From a virus, in IMG/VR virus record IMGVR_UViG_3300027747_001183: a stretch of DNA of 64,000 nucleotides; one strand, 5' to 3'. The position numbers were made by a program, and so were the translations under genes. Below, one piece after another: positions 35,423 to 45,040 of this stretch. Each line of letters opens with the position of its first letter. Positions within the stretch are counted from its first letter, which is position 1. Below the pieces are notes generated by a model that ran no database searches, was not told the origin of the DNA, and saw only the letters and a list, made by a program, of their open reading frames with translations.

Positions 35423-35837
35423 GCGCCGAGACGCCAGCTTCTTTGAAGATGTCCATCGTGATCTTGAACGAGTCATTCCACTTCTCTCTGATGTTTTCTG
35501 GATAGCACATGAAGACTCTCTTGATGCCTACTTGGACAACTCCTTTAGCGCACTCAGAACACACAGGAAGGCCGCTAACATAAAGATCTGCATTATCGAG
35601 GCTAACTCCATTTAGAGTGGCGTTGTATATGCAGTTCATCTCTGCGTGCACAACGAACTTGTACTTCTGTTCCCTGTTAGAGAGCCTATCATTGGTGTCA
35701 GCTATGCCTCGGGGGAATCCGTTGTATCCCTGAGATAGGATCTGCCCTCCCTTACCAACAGCTACGGCGCCGACTTTAGTGCTAGGGTCCTTGGACCAGC
35801 AAGCGATGTGGCCCGCTAAGTCCAAGTACTTGTTCAT
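35388..35837 (-). CDS. cd: dCMP deaminase
   Basis: WSKDPSTKVGA, GYNGFPRG, HAEMN, PVCSEC. Confidence 0.92.
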   Translation of the reverse strand: MNKYLDLAGHIACWSKDPSTKVGAVAVGKGGQILSQGYNGFPRGIADTNDRLSNREQKYKFVVHAEMNCIYNATLNGVSLDNADLYVSGLPVCSECAKGVVQVGIKRVFMCYPENIREKWNDSFKITMDIFKEAGVSARADCGDQSIFC

Positions 35838-35844
35838 CCAGCTC

Positions 35845-36492
35845 TCAGAGAACGAGGTCAAAGTGCCTCTCATAGATGTGCAGCGAAGCCGCGTTCCAAT
35901 AGATATTTCCAGTCTCGTAGCCGAGCTCATCGCACATGCGATCGAGCACGTATCTCTGCCACGCTCGATCGTTCTTGTAACCATAGATCACGTCGTTAGA
36001 ACGCATGTACACGAGAGCATGCAGGCGATTGTGGCGGATCATGTACTGAACTGTGTTGGTGCACATGAAGTCGCTCATGCCGTCGCGATTGTACTCACTC
36101 CACATTGTTGGACGGGTGTAGATCATCACCGCCCGACGAGACTCAGGGTTCATCTGAAGCTCGGAGACGACGTTGTCGTATTGAGCGTGGTTCTCATCCG
36201 ACCACACGCACCAGCCGTAGTTGGAGTTGATCTCACCATTCTCACTCGACACCTGCTGCCAGATCGCTGGAGGCCCGCCGGGAATATCGTTGACGTTGAG
36301 AGACATCGACTCGTACCACTCGATCTCGCGCATGACGTAGTCTTCGTTGACTGTGCCAAAGATCGTGGGCTCATAGGCGATGAACGATGCGTTCATGATC
36401 TCGAGCATCTTGACGCCGCTCTTGTCGCGAACGAAGTTGTTGTTCTCAAGATCATAGTGAAAAGTCGCTCGGATGTCCGGTATGGTCATCAT
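35845..36492 (-). CDS. gp42: dCMP hydroxymethylase (T4 gp42-like, thymidylate synthase fold)
   Basis: EIEWYES, INSNYGW, SRRA.MIYTRP.M, DFMCTNTVQY.IR, MRSNDV.YG.KND.AWQ (Asp at dCMP-specificity position), SLHIYERHF. Confidence 0.88.
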   Translation of the reverse strand: MMTIPDIRATFHYDLENNNFVRDKSGVKMLEIMNASFIAYEPTIFGTVNEDYVMREIEWYESMSLNVNDIPGGPPAIWQQVSSENGEINSNYGWCVWSDENHAQYDNVVSELQMNPESRRAVMIYTRPTMWSEYNRDGMSDFMCTNTVQYMIRHNRLHALVYMRSNDVIYGYKNDRAWQRYVLDRMCDELGYETGNIYWNAASLHIYERHFDLVL

Positions 36493-36854
36493 TTGTTGCG
36501 GTCTTTCTCATAGTAGTATTGCGAGTGCTGCTTTGGATTATTGAATATGTCGCGCGTTTGATCTTGACCTTCGATGCCGCCACGAATCCAAGCGACCGCG
36601 AACGATGCGTAGTTGATGAGATCTTTGTACGTATCTTCAAGAGACTCAAAGTTCGCTTGATCCGCACGGCCAGACTCAAGGAGCGACTGAGCGCGATAGA
36701 GCTTGCCTTGGAGAGTATCGTGGATTGAGTCTATGCCGCGACGATAGTGCATCGCCTGCTTTACGTTTGAGTTTGGGTTCTGATAGTCCTGAGACTTCTT
36801 GATCTGCAGGTCCATGCACTCTCTGAGTACCTTTACTGATTCTTTATCGCTCAT
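36489..36854 (-). CDS. Nucleotide-modification-associated alpha-helical protein (Nmad1/DUF1599-like)
   Basis: KKSQDY...K..RA.SL...ESLEDT..DLINYASF. Confidence 0.7.
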   Translation of the reverse strand: MSDKESVKVLRECMDLQIKKSQDYQNPNSNVKQAMHYRRGIDSIHDTLQGKLYRAQSLLESGRADQANFESLEDTYKDLINYASFAVAWIRGGIEGQDQTRDIFNNPKQHSQYYYEKDRNK

Positions 36855-37429
36855 GCTGCTGCTCCATCAAAATAAACGTGATCGCGGTAGAAGGCATCGC
36901 CTGTCTTTACCGCGTTATGGTGGTCATAGTAAGATTTATTGGTGTAGTTAGAAGGGCGCACGTACTTCTCAAAAGTCTTTGCATCTGCAACTAAGTGAAA
37001 TGCTACCGTATAGAAAGACGGAGTGCGAAACACCTTTCCGGATACAAAGTAGTCGACGATGTCGACGTTCTTCATGAAGGTGTTGATGTCTTTGTAGTTA
37101 AAGCTGAACCACTTCTCAGCCCATCGCTTGCACTCAAAAGTGCAGTTATTCTCGTCAATCAAGTCATACGCGTACGAGTGACGATTAGTCTTATCAAACT
37201 CAAGTGGGTTGAGAGGAATTCCAGTCAGCTGTGCGAGCGCGTGCTCGACGACCATCTTCTCGACAGACTCGTGCACGGTCTTAAAATTTCGCTTAGATGA
37301 GTTTCGTACTGGACAGCGGTATATTTCGTTTGCAATGTCGTTGAACTTCTTGTTAAGTTCTTCAGTACGCTTTACTTTTACAGGTTCTGCGGCCAAGATA
37401 ATGCCGGCGTAGTATGCTAGATCTTTCAT
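36851..37429 (-). CDS. denB: Endonuclease IV-like (T4 DenB), dC-specific
   Basis: E..A.....D.....YAYDL....ECK...W.S and KYVRPSNY resemble recalled DenB YAWDV..EVK..W.S / KVVRKSNY. Confidence 0.65.
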   Translation of the reverse strand: MKDLAYYAGIILAAEPVKVKRTEELNKKFNDIANEIYRCPVRNSSKRNFKTVHESVEKMVVEHALAQLTGIPLNPLEFDKTNRHSYAYDLIDENNCTFECKRWAEKWFSFNYKDINTFMKNVDIVDYFVSGKVFRTPSFYTVAFHLVADAKTFEKYVRPSNYTNKSYYDHHNAVKTGDAFYRDHVYFDGAAA

Positions 37430-37495
37430 GGTAGTCTCCTAATTAAGCACTCAGTGCAGGTTACTATGTTAATATAGACTAATTCTGGAAAAATG

Positions 37496-37897
37496 TCAAC
37501 CAAAGATTTTACGCAAAAACCCGTAATTATTTGAATGGCTTGGACCGACCCAGCCTTCTGGCTTGATTAAGTCTGGCAGTCCCAGAGGGTTCGGGCGACT
37601 AGACTTGATGCCGGTCTGCTTGGTCATGTTGGCTTTCAAGACCTCGTCCCAAGCCTTGTGAGAGTCGACTCCGAAGCCGTCCAGTGTACCGATGGCCACG
37701 ACGCAGAGGTCGATCAGGGCATCTACCACGTCTTCTGCATTCTCTGCGTTCTTGAGCTCAGTCAGCTCTTCCATGAGGAAGTCGATGCGGAACTGCAGAA
37801 ACTTCTTGAGTGTATCTTCATCCATCTTGTCGATGACGGGGTGCACTCCATAGTGTGCGTGCATCATCGTAATATCAGTAGCCCAGTCTTTAGACAT
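37496..37897 (-). CDS. MazG-like NTP pyrophosphohydrolase (candidate dCTPase/dUTPase)
   Basis: EELTEL....EDVVDALIDL, V..ANM.K, DLIKPEGW. Confidence 0.8.
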   Translation of the reverse strand: MSKDWATDITMMHAHYGVHPVIDKMDEDTLKKFLQFRIDFLMEELTELKNAENAEDVVDALIDLCVVAIGTLDGFGVDSHKAWDEVLKANMTKQTGIKSSRPNPLGLPDLIKPEGWVGPSHSNNYGFLRKIFG

Positions 37898-38426
37898 TAA
37901 TCCACTCCGGTGTTGGTCGCTTTGTCCACTTGTGCATCTGCGACTTTCCAATCTTATAATAGTTTCTATAGTTTGTCAACGGGTCATCCGAGATGATGTA
38001 CTCGGGAGCCATGCACGACGGCATAGGCGTCATGTTCCAGTCCTTGAGGTTGTTAGGAGCATAGAAGAGAGCGCCCATGAGCTTCTCGCATGCATGGACC
38101 TTGCCGTATCGATAAGTGTACTCGAAGTGCAGGGCCTTGAGATGCTCGTACAGCCACTTGTAGTTGCCGACCGTAGTACGGCACCAGACAGCAGAAGGGT
38201 GGTTGACGTGGGTAGCCGAGTACAGCATCTCCTCGCGGACGTCGGGTAGCACCCAGCGCTTGACCTTGCGGCCGGTCTTTGTCTGACCGACGTATTCCGT
38301 GCCGTCGATTACGCGATGAGCAGTAGACAGAAGCTGCGTAGTCTCGAGGATCATCTTGACCACGTGCTTGTCCACCATCATGGTGGCAGCTTCTACTGGG
38401 TTCTCATCGATGTAGAATATGTTCAC
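37890..38426 (-). CDS. Pyrimidine-dimer DNA glycosylase/DenV-like family protein
   Basis: MNIFY.D..P, DKHVVKMILE..QLLSTAH, THVNHPS.VW, YR.YY. Confidence 0.75.
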   Translation of the reverse strand: MNIFYIDENPVEAATMMVDKHVVKMILETTQLLSTAHRVIDGTEYVGQTKTGRKVKRWVLPDVREEMLYSATHVNHPSAVWCRTTVGNYKWLYEHLKALHFEYTYRYGKVHACEKLMGALFYAPNNLKDWNMTPMPSCMAPEYIISDDPLTNYRNYYKIGKSQMHKWTKRPTPEWINV

Positions 38427-38689
38427 TTGTCTTTATCCTTATACTCGGCTTCGGCCTGCTCGATAGCTCTCGTCAGTGCAGTGTTTATCCATGACTCGAT
38501 CTTGGACTGAAGCTCTTCCGTTACAGAGCCGGGTTTCATCGGCTCAAGATCATTATTATCCGTTATCCGGTAAATGTCAACTGCTATTGCCATGCCTTCT
38601 TCATCTTCCGTGATAAAGTCGCCTTCTGGGAAGCATACAAAGTAGTCGTCGATTCGAAAGCCGTCAGTATTTGATAGTTGTTTTTCCAT
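38423..38689 (-). CDS. Hypothetical acidic protein
   Basis: Coupled ORF with AGGA RBS. Confidence 0.55.
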   Translation of the reverse strand: MEKQLSNTDGFRIDDYFVCFPEGDFITEDEEGMAIAVDIYRITDNNDLEPMKPGSVTEELQSKIESWINTALTRAIEQAEAEYKDKDK

Positions 38690-39179
38690 TGTAGAATCCT
38701 TTCATTGCTCTGTCGCGGTGGTACTTGTTTGCACGATTGAAGAATAGTATGCCGTTTAGGTGGTCTATCTCGTGCTGTACTACGCGCGCAGTAAGACCGT
38801 CGAACGTCTTTGTGTCAAATCCTCCTGAAGGAGTCTGAAACCGCAGCCGTACAGTATTAGACCTCTTTACCTTCACGTTGACTCCGGGGAATGAAAGGCA
38901 GCCTTCTTCTAGAAGGTTCTCTTCCTCGCTCTTGAAGACTAGCTTTGGGTTGAAGCATACGAAGTTATGGTCTAGACCTCGCATCGCAAATACGCGATAG
39001 GGAATCCCTATCTGGTTTGCAGAGAGACCGATGCTTTTATGCTCATTCATCTTCTCGAGCATCGTAGAAGACAACTCATAGGGATCTTGCTGGGGATTTG
39101 CAAAGTCAAACAGCTGAGTTGCCGTAGTAAGTATATCATTGGGGTACTTTATCAGTTCCATAATTTTATATTCACTCAT
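38664..39179 (-). CDS. def: Peptide deformylase
   Basis: GLSANQIG, EGCLSFPG, QHEIDH. Confidence 0.93.
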   Translation of the reverse strand: MSEYKIMELIKYPNDILTTATQLFDFANPQQDPYELSSTMLEKMNEHKSIGLSANQIGIPYRVFAMRGLDHNFVCFNPKLVFKSEEENLLEEGCLSFPGVNVKVKRSNTVRLRFQTPSGGFDTKTFDGLTARVVQHEIDHLNGILFFNRANKYHRDRAMKGFYNGKTTIKY

Positions 39180-40891
39180 GCTGCTATCCTGCTGAAGTTG
39201 TTCTTCTTTTCAAACTTAATTACGTTGCTGAACTTGTCGACCATCTGGTCTACCTTGTGGCTGATGATGAACGTGTTGGTGTCTTGAGTCAGGTTACCGA
39301 TGATCTTAAGAAACTCATCAGTGCCGTTAGAGTCAAGCGAGCCATCAAGGACTTCGTCCATAATAAGTACGTTAGTGCTAGCAGAGTTGCGCAGCTTAGC
39401 GATAGCTCTCCAAGTGAATAGGATAGCGAGGTTGATTCGCATCTTCTCTCCCTCAGAGAACGAGGCGTAGCTAAACTCATCCCTGAACCGTGACTTGATC
39501 TTCTCTTCAAAGTTCTCATCCATCTCAAAGTTAACGAAGAAGTCCATGGCAGACAGGTACTTATTGATAAGCTTGTTAATGACCGGTACGTACTGCTTGA
39601 TGATCTTTGCCTTGATACCGTCGTCTCTCAGTACTCGAGAAGCTATTGATAGTGCTTCCTTGTCGCGGAGCAGCTCTGCTTTCTTGTCTACTAGAGTCTG
39701 TAGGCTCTCTTCGAGTTCGCGCATCTTGTCGTCGTTAGTGACGTATTCTTCGGTCTTTTTGTGAAGAAGCTCAATGTCGCCAGCAGCTCTCTTGCACTGT
39801 GCGAGTAGACCTGAAATACTGTTTGAGTGGGTGATCTTCTCGATATTGAGAGAAGTAATTTCAGATGAGATACTTGATATGACCTGTATACGCTGCTGGA
39901 TATTGAGTATCTCTTCTCTAAGTTGCTCAATCCCAACGGCGATCTCTTCGAGTTGCGATTGTTTACTATCGACAGTCTCGCACTTAAAGGTATCATCGAT
40001 GCCTTGCTTGCAAGTAGGGCAGTTATCATGTGCATTGAAGAACTCGATCTCACCTTTGAGTTTGGCAACTTTATCAGCAAGTTGGCCCTCGAGTATCTGT
40101 AGCTTCTTTTGCTTCTTGTTGACTTGGTCTTGATCGCCGATCTCATCGTTTAATTCTCCGATCTTTTCTTCCAGTTCAGCGATAGCATTCTTCTCAGCGT
40201 CGATCTTAGCCGTGTACTCACTAAGGTCACTCTTGAGTTTCTCGATCTGCTCAGTCGTGTTCTTCTGCATCGCTTCTTGATGCTGCTGCTGCATGGATAT
40301 CTTCTCTGAAGTCAGGTCATGCTCATAGTCAGTCTTCATTAAAGCTTCACCGTTGAGACCAACTTTCTCTTTGAGCAGCGAGTTCATGATAGAGAAGATC
40401 TGGATGTCGAGCAGGTCCTCGATTACCTCACGACGCTGGCCAGTAGGAAGCTCCATGAACGGCACGAATGACGCCGATCCTAGCACCACTACTTGACAGA
40501 AGCTCTTGTGGTTGAGCTTGAGGATCTGCTTCTCAAGCACAGACTGATAGTCGCGAGCAGCTGCGTCTTGATTTAGCAGTGAGTTGTTGCGGTACACCTC
40601 AAAGATGCCCGGCTTTAAGCCGCGCACGATCTTGTACATCGATGAGCCGATCTCAAACTCGATCTCGACTACTACGTCTCGCTTGTTAATCGAGTTCATC
40701 AGCTGAGACTTGTTTACCTTGCGGAACGGCTTGTTGTATAGTACAAAAGAAAGTGCGTCTAGCAGCGTAGACTTACCGGCACCGTTCTCACCTACTATAA
40801 GAGTAGTGTCTGCCTTGATGAGGTCGATCTCAGTGAATGTATTACCAGTAGATAAGAAGTTCTTCCAGCGTATCTTCTTAAAAAATATCAT
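39176..40891 (-). CDS. gp46: Recombination endonuclease ATPase subunit (Rad50/SbcC-like)
   Basis: WKNFLSTGN, GENGAGKS, CPTC hook, FSEGEK, DEVLDGSLD. Confidence 0.96.
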   Translation of the reverse strand: MIFFKKIRWKNFLSTGNTFTEIDLIKADTTLIVGENGAGKSTLLDALSFVLYNKPFRKVNKSQLMNSINKRDVVVEIEFEIGSSMYKIVRGLKPGIFEVYRNNSLLNQDAAARDYQSVLEKQILKLNHKSFCQVVVLGSASFVPFMELPTGQRREVIEDLLDIQIFSIMNSLLKEKVGLNGEALMKTDYEHDLTSEKISMQQQHQEAMQKNTTEQIEKLKSDLSEYTAKIDAEKNAIAELEEKIGELNDEIGDQDQVNKKQKKLQILEGQLADKVAKLKGEIEFFNAHDNCPTCKQGIDDTFKCETVDSKQSQLEEIAVGIEQLREEILNIQQRIQVISSISSEITSLNIEKITHSNSISGLLAQCKRAAGDIELLHKKTEEYVTNDDKMRELEESLQTLVDKKAELLRDKEALSIASRVLRDDGIKAKIIKQYVPVINKLINKYLSAMDFFVNFEMDENFEEKIKSRFRDEFSYASFSEGEKMRINLAILFTWRAIAKLRNSASTNVLIMDEVLDGSLDSNGTDEFLKIIGNLTQDTNTFIISHKVDQMVDKFSNVIKFEKKNNFSRIAA

Positions 40892-41952
40892 GCTATCTCG
40901 TGTGCTTCAATGTAGAGTGACTGAATGATGTTCTCGACTCTCTTGTGATCGTTTACCGTCATGCTGCCGATGTAGCTGCGGATGATGCTGATCGTATCTT
41001 CTGCCTCGCTGACGATGTCAGTGTCGTCTGCTAGGTCTAGGTTGAGGTGGTCTTCTACCACCTGCAGGTCTGCCACTCCCGCTTTCTCTATCTTGTCTAT
41101 CACTAGGTCAAACCAGTACGGGTTAGTCTTGTTCTTGACTACGATCTTGACGTAGCAGTTCTTATACTTGTCAGCGTCGAACACTATGACTTGATCTATT
41201 GTCTTGTTGAGGTCGTCGTAGAACATCTTATGAAAGATATTATATGGATTCTCAATAAATGTCAACCCCCTAGTTTTAGTATCAAGTACATGAAAACCCT
41301 TAGGATCTCCGTGATCAGACCAATTATATTGAGCAGGAGTACCAAGATAAAAAATGTTAGAACTATTGGAACGAGTATGATAATGCCCAGAACAGACAAG
41401 ATCGAATTTATCAAAGATCTTAGGATCATCTCCATGGTCGCTCACGTGCCCCCTGTACATCTCGTAGCCGTTTAATTCTAGGTGACCCATGACTATGGGA
41501 GACTTAGAGTTCTTAATATTCTCAAAAGACTGCTCCCTGTTCTCATCGCAGATCCAAGGCAGCATTAATATATTGGTGCCGTCAAACATAACGTCGTGTG
41601 GGACGTCATCCCATACCCTGATGTTTGCGTAGTTCTCTTTGAGGAGTTCCTGTAGAGCGTTTACTCTGTTGGTGTTCTTATAGAACGTGTCGTGGTTACC
41701 TACGATGATGTCCATTTGCAGGTCTTCTTCGAGAAGACGGTCTAGAAAGTCTTCCCTGAGTCTCTTTGCAGTAAGGTAGTTGATGTACTTACGACGATCG
41801 ACGAGATCGCCTAGATGGATGACGTGCTCGATGCCTGCACGCTTAATTTCAGGAAAGAAGATCTCGTCTAGAAACTTCTTCATCTGGTCGTGCATGATCG
41901 AGGAATCGTTGCGGATTCCCCAGTGAGTATCGGTAATGAGTGCTATCTTCAT
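40888..41952 (-). CDS. gp47: Recombination endonuclease nuclease subunit (Mre11/SbcD-like)
   Basis: TDTHWG.R, GDLVDRRK, GNHD, GHYH. Confidence 0.96.
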   Translation of the reverse strand: MKIALITDTHWGIRNDSSIMHDQMKKFLDEIFFPEIKRAGIEHVIHLGDLVDRRKYINYLTAKRLREDFLDRLLEEDLQMDIIVGNHDTFYKNTNRVNALQELLKENYANIRVWDDVPHDVMFDGTNILMLPWICDENREQSFENIKNSKSPIVMGHLELNGYEMYRGHVSDHGDDPKIFDKFDLVCSGHYHTRSNSSNIFYLGTPAQYNWSDHGDPKGFHVLDTKTRGLTFIENPYNIFHKMFYDDLNKTIDQVIVFDADKYKNCYVKIVVKNKTNPYWFDLVIDKIEKAGVADLQVVEDHLNLDLADDTDIVSEAEDTISIIRSYIGSMTVNDHKRVENIIQSLYIEAHEIA

Positions 41953-42533
41953 TCACTTGTCTCATCGTCTTCGTTGATGCCAAAGTACTTGTCGAGTCCG
42001 ATCTCAGCCTTCTTAGCCTTGACTTTCTCTTTCTTCTCGGCCTGCCTCTTGTCGTAGTTTGCTACTAAGTTCTGCATGTACTCGTTGTCGAGGTCTACGT
42101 TTACGTTCCTGTCCTCGTCACCGCCCTGATGATCTGCGAGCATGCCCTCGAAGTAGAAGTTCTCTAGGGTCTTCTGCTTGATGTAGAGGTGCTTCTTCTC
42201 ACCGTTGATGCGAGTCAAGAAAGAGTAGTAGATGATCTGAGTAAAGTATGCGAAGGGGTTGCTCGACTTTTCTGGGTCGAAGTTGTCGAAGTACGCGATG
42301 CACTTCTCTAGACCGTCGGCGACCATGTCCTCGCGGAAAGTATAGTTGACGAAGTTAGGCTTGAGTGATAGCCTGAAGGCGATCTTATATAGACACTCGC
42401 CGAGGTAGGGAGGTATTCGAGGCTTCTGATTCTTTCCAGCCGCAGCTGCGTCTTTACACATCTGCTTGTAGTGCAGGATCTCGGTAAAGAACTTCTTGTT
42501 GTCTACGTAGTGCTTAGCCGGTGCTCTTGCCAT
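41949..42533 (-). CDS. gp55: Late transcription sigma factor
   Basis: HYVDNK.F, PNFVNYTFREDMVADG, NFDPEKS.NPFAYFTQI. Confidence 0.95.
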   Translation of the reverse strand: MARAPAKHYVDNKKFFTEILHYKQMCKDAAAAGKNQKPRIPPYLGECLYKIAFRLSLKPNFVNYTFREDMVADGLEKCIAYFDNFDPEKSSNPFAYFTQIIYYSFLTRINGEKKHLYIKQKTLENFYFEGMLADHQGGDEDRNVNVDLDNEYMQNLVANYDKRQAEKKEKVKAKKAEIGLDKYFGINEDDETSE

Positions 42534-43980
42534 TATCTAAATCCATATTAAAAATCTTGTACTCAAAGTTCTCGCTATTATATATCTCGAGTCTCTCCAT
42601 AAGGTGCTGGAGAGTGTAGTTAGTATGCGTTCCTATGCGCATGTCGTCTGCTATATCATACACGTTTACCGTGTCCTTCGTACCAGAGATACGGAGTCCA
42701 CGGCCTATTGACTGGAGCAGTCTTATCCTTGACTTTGACGGAGAAGCAAGTATGACGTTGTGAAGGTTGCGAATGTTAACGCCTGTAGAAAAGGTGCCAA
42801 AGCTAGCCACGATGACAGCGTCTGATTCATTCTCGACCACTCTTCTAACTTCTTCTCTGTCTTCTGCCTCGACTCCACCATGTATGAAGAACACCTTACG
42901 GTTCGGATCTTTAATCTTGATCCTATCATATAACACTTTTCCGTGTTTGTCAACAAATTGAAACAGAAGAAGCGTATTTCCCTTGAGCGAGAGTGCTAGG
43001 TTACGAAGGAACTTATTCCTAGCATCGTTGGTGACGATGTAGTCTACTTCTTTCTGGTAGTCAAACTTCTTACTGGCCTTGCAGGCATCCTTGTCGTGCT
43101 TTAAGATGATGACCTTCAGCTTCATATCGGCGACCGTCTTAGCGTCCATAAGCTCGCGCGTAGTCGTGACTTGATGTACTGCGCCGAACAGACCTTCGAG
43201 AGTGATCTTGTTAGTAAGTGAGCCGTCGAGAGTGCCGGTGAATCCAAATCTGTACTTAGTATTCTCGAGCTTCTCCATGATGGTAGTCAGAGACTTTGCC
43301 TTGAACTGGTGAGCCTCGTCGCCGATGATTACATCAAAGTCTTTGAAATACGTCTTATCAAGTTTGTATATCGACTGCCAAGTAGAGATGGTGATCGGCT
43401 TATCAGACTGCTTAGCCACTCCGCCAAAGACGCGGTGTACCAGCTGATCGCTTCTAAAGCCATACTCAGAAAAATCAGTAGCCAGCTGGCTAACAAGAGA
43501 AGTAGTTGGAACGATAATAAGAGTGCGTGCGTCATAGTATCTCGTCACTAGGTAGATGATGAATGACTTACCAGAAGCGGTAGGTGATAGGAAGACGCTT
43601 CGGTCGTTGTTAACGGCGTGCATGAACGACTCGACCTGATAGTCTCTAGGAGTCATGGTAAGACCGAGAGACTTTAAGAACTCTGCGGTCTCTTTTATGG
43701 TGATCTTATTCTGGGGATTGAGAGATTCGTCTAGAGTGCACTCGTAGTCGCGAACCTTGCAGAAGCGCAATATCTCGTCCTTGAGTCCTACGTATGTAGC
43801 TCCGGTAAGTGCGTTTAGGAGTCGTACCTTGCCGTCCCAGTACTTGGCCTTTACGGCTGGCATGAACTTGGCACCGGGTACCTCGAACGTCAAGATATCA
43901 GAGAGCTCCTGAACGACCGACGGCTCAGCCTCGACCTTCAACCAAGTCTCGTTTATCTTTCGGAGGTGCACCTTATCCAC
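42514..43980 (-). CDS. uvsW: DNA helicase UvsW
   Basis: WDGK.RL, PTASGKS, DEAH, QSIGR.LR. Confidence 0.95.
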   Translation of the reverse strand: MDKVHLRKINETWLKVEAEPSVVQELSDILTFEVPGAKFMPAVKAKYWDGKVRLLNALTGATYVGLKDEILRFCKVRDYECTLDESLNPQNKITIKETAEFLKSLGLTMTPRDYQVESFMHAVNNDRSVFLSPTASGKSFIIYLVTRYYDARTLIIVPTTSLVSQLATDFSEYGFRSDQLVHRVFGGVAKQSDKPITISTWQSIYKLDKTYFKDFDVIIGDEAHQFKAKSLTTIMEKLENTKYRFGFTGTLDGSLTNKITLEGLFGAVHQVTTTRELMDAKTVADMKLKVIILKHDKDACKASKKFDYQKEVDYIVTNDARNKFLRNLALSLKGNTLLLFQFVDKHGKVLYDRIKIKDPNRKVFFIHGGVEAEDREEVRRVVENESDAVIVASFGTFSTGVNIRNLHNVILASPSKSRIRLLQSIGRGLRISGTKDTVNVYDIADDMRIGTHTNYTLQHLMERLEIYNSENFEYKIFNMDLDNGKSTG

Positions 43981-44407
43981 CAACCTTAAAGCGTTCCCAG
44001 TCGATCGCACTCTTGATTAAGAATCCTCTGTTGGTAATGGCCTTGATGATCGCTTCTAGCGTATCGACCTTCTCCTGCTGTACGGATATCTTCAAGTTGA
44101 ACTTGATGATGTCTTGGTCAGCATCTAGGTATTTACCAACGTCGGATTTGATGACTGAGAGTCTGAACGGCTCCCATCCATGAGTGCGAAGGTCTTCTTC
44201 AGGAAGGACCCCGCGGTAGTAGTCGTACTTTAGTAGGTTGAGCTGGCTGCGCTCTTCTTCCATCTTCTTGAGGATCATCTTCTCCTGAGAGAAGAATCGT
44301 AAGTACTTGCTGTGCAGCTTCGGTACCTTGAGTGCCTCTGAGCCGAGTTCGTACGGGCTCATCTCGCAGTCTTGCGACCACATCTCGTGGATCTCTTCAA
44401 GTTTCAT
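43973..44407 (-). CDS. uvsY: Recombination mediator UvsY
   Basis: P.LHSKYL, YYRG, R.F.IK.AIDW.RF..G. Confidence 0.9.
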   Translation of the reverse strand: MKLEEIHEMWSQDCEMSPYELGSEALKVPKLHSKYLRFFSQEKMILKKMEEERSQLNLLKYDYYRGVLPEEDLRTHGWEPFRLSVIKSDVGKYLDADQDIIKFNLKISVQQEKVDTLEAIIKAITNRGFLIKSAIDWERFKVGG

Positions 44408-44429
44408 AATATAGTACTCCAAGAGTGTC

Positions 44430-44996
44430 TCAGACGATCAGAGACACTACTTTCATCAGTGTAAACTTGAATGCTACGCGCGCGGTGACGTAGTTGACGC
44501 TGTCGTCTGCAGTCGTAAAGTCGACTTCTGACAGGCTGTAGGGAAACATGTCCGTGAACTGCACTTCGGTAGTAGGTGCCATCGAGCTGTTCAATATAGT
44601 AAGGGTCCCGTCCGAGGTTACACCCTCGCCGGAACCTATTGCAGTTCTTCTTATAGAAGCGTACTGGTCGAAAGTCTCAGGGAAGCCGATCTTGGAGATC
44701 CAAGAGTACATCTCGAGGTAGTTCGTCATCAGCTCGTCTACCTTGAAAGTAAGGACGAAGTCGCCGAACGTAGGCTTATCACCCGGAAACGACACCATCT
44801 TGAAAGGAGTCGGCAGGCTAGCGTAGCCGATGTCCAGCGATGGTATGTTTGCATCGGTTGCAAAGAAGTTAAGAGTAGGAGATCTCTTGAGAGAGAACCT
44901 AAACCCGAGTGGAGACAGGAAGTTAGTGTCTTGAGGCTGACTTCCTATCAATCCAGTAGGCGTATCTGTAATAGTCGTGGTAATGTCAATAGCCAT
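44430..44996 (-). CDS. gp3: Tail tube terminator/completion protein
   Basis: NFLSPLGFRF, PGD, F.VDE...NY.E...W, F.D.FP.SLS; late promoter TATAAATA at 45020-45027. Confidence 0.85.
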   Translation of the reverse strand: MAIDITTTITDTPTGLIGSQPQDTNFLSPLGFRFSLKRSPTLNFFATDANIPSLDIGYASLPTPFKMVSFPGDKPTFGDFVLTFKVDELMTNYLEMYSWISKIGFPETFDQYASIRRTAIGSGEGVTSDGTLTILNSSMAPTTEVQFTDMFPYSLSEVDFTTADDSVNYVTARVAFKFTLMKVVSLIV

Positions 44997-45040
44997 GTTG
45001 CACCCTTATAAAGCTATTATATTTATAAGAGTGGAAAATG

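Noticed and set aside
35845-36492. Ordinary thymidylate synthase ThyA
   Set aside because: Motifs DFMCTN and YKND match gp42-type dCMP hydroxymethylase rather than the PCH/PFN motifs of ThyA
29512-36513. Long + strand ORFs (e.g. 29512-30102, 35779-36513)
   Set aside because: Antisense shadows of well-supported - strand genes, with no motifs or RBS
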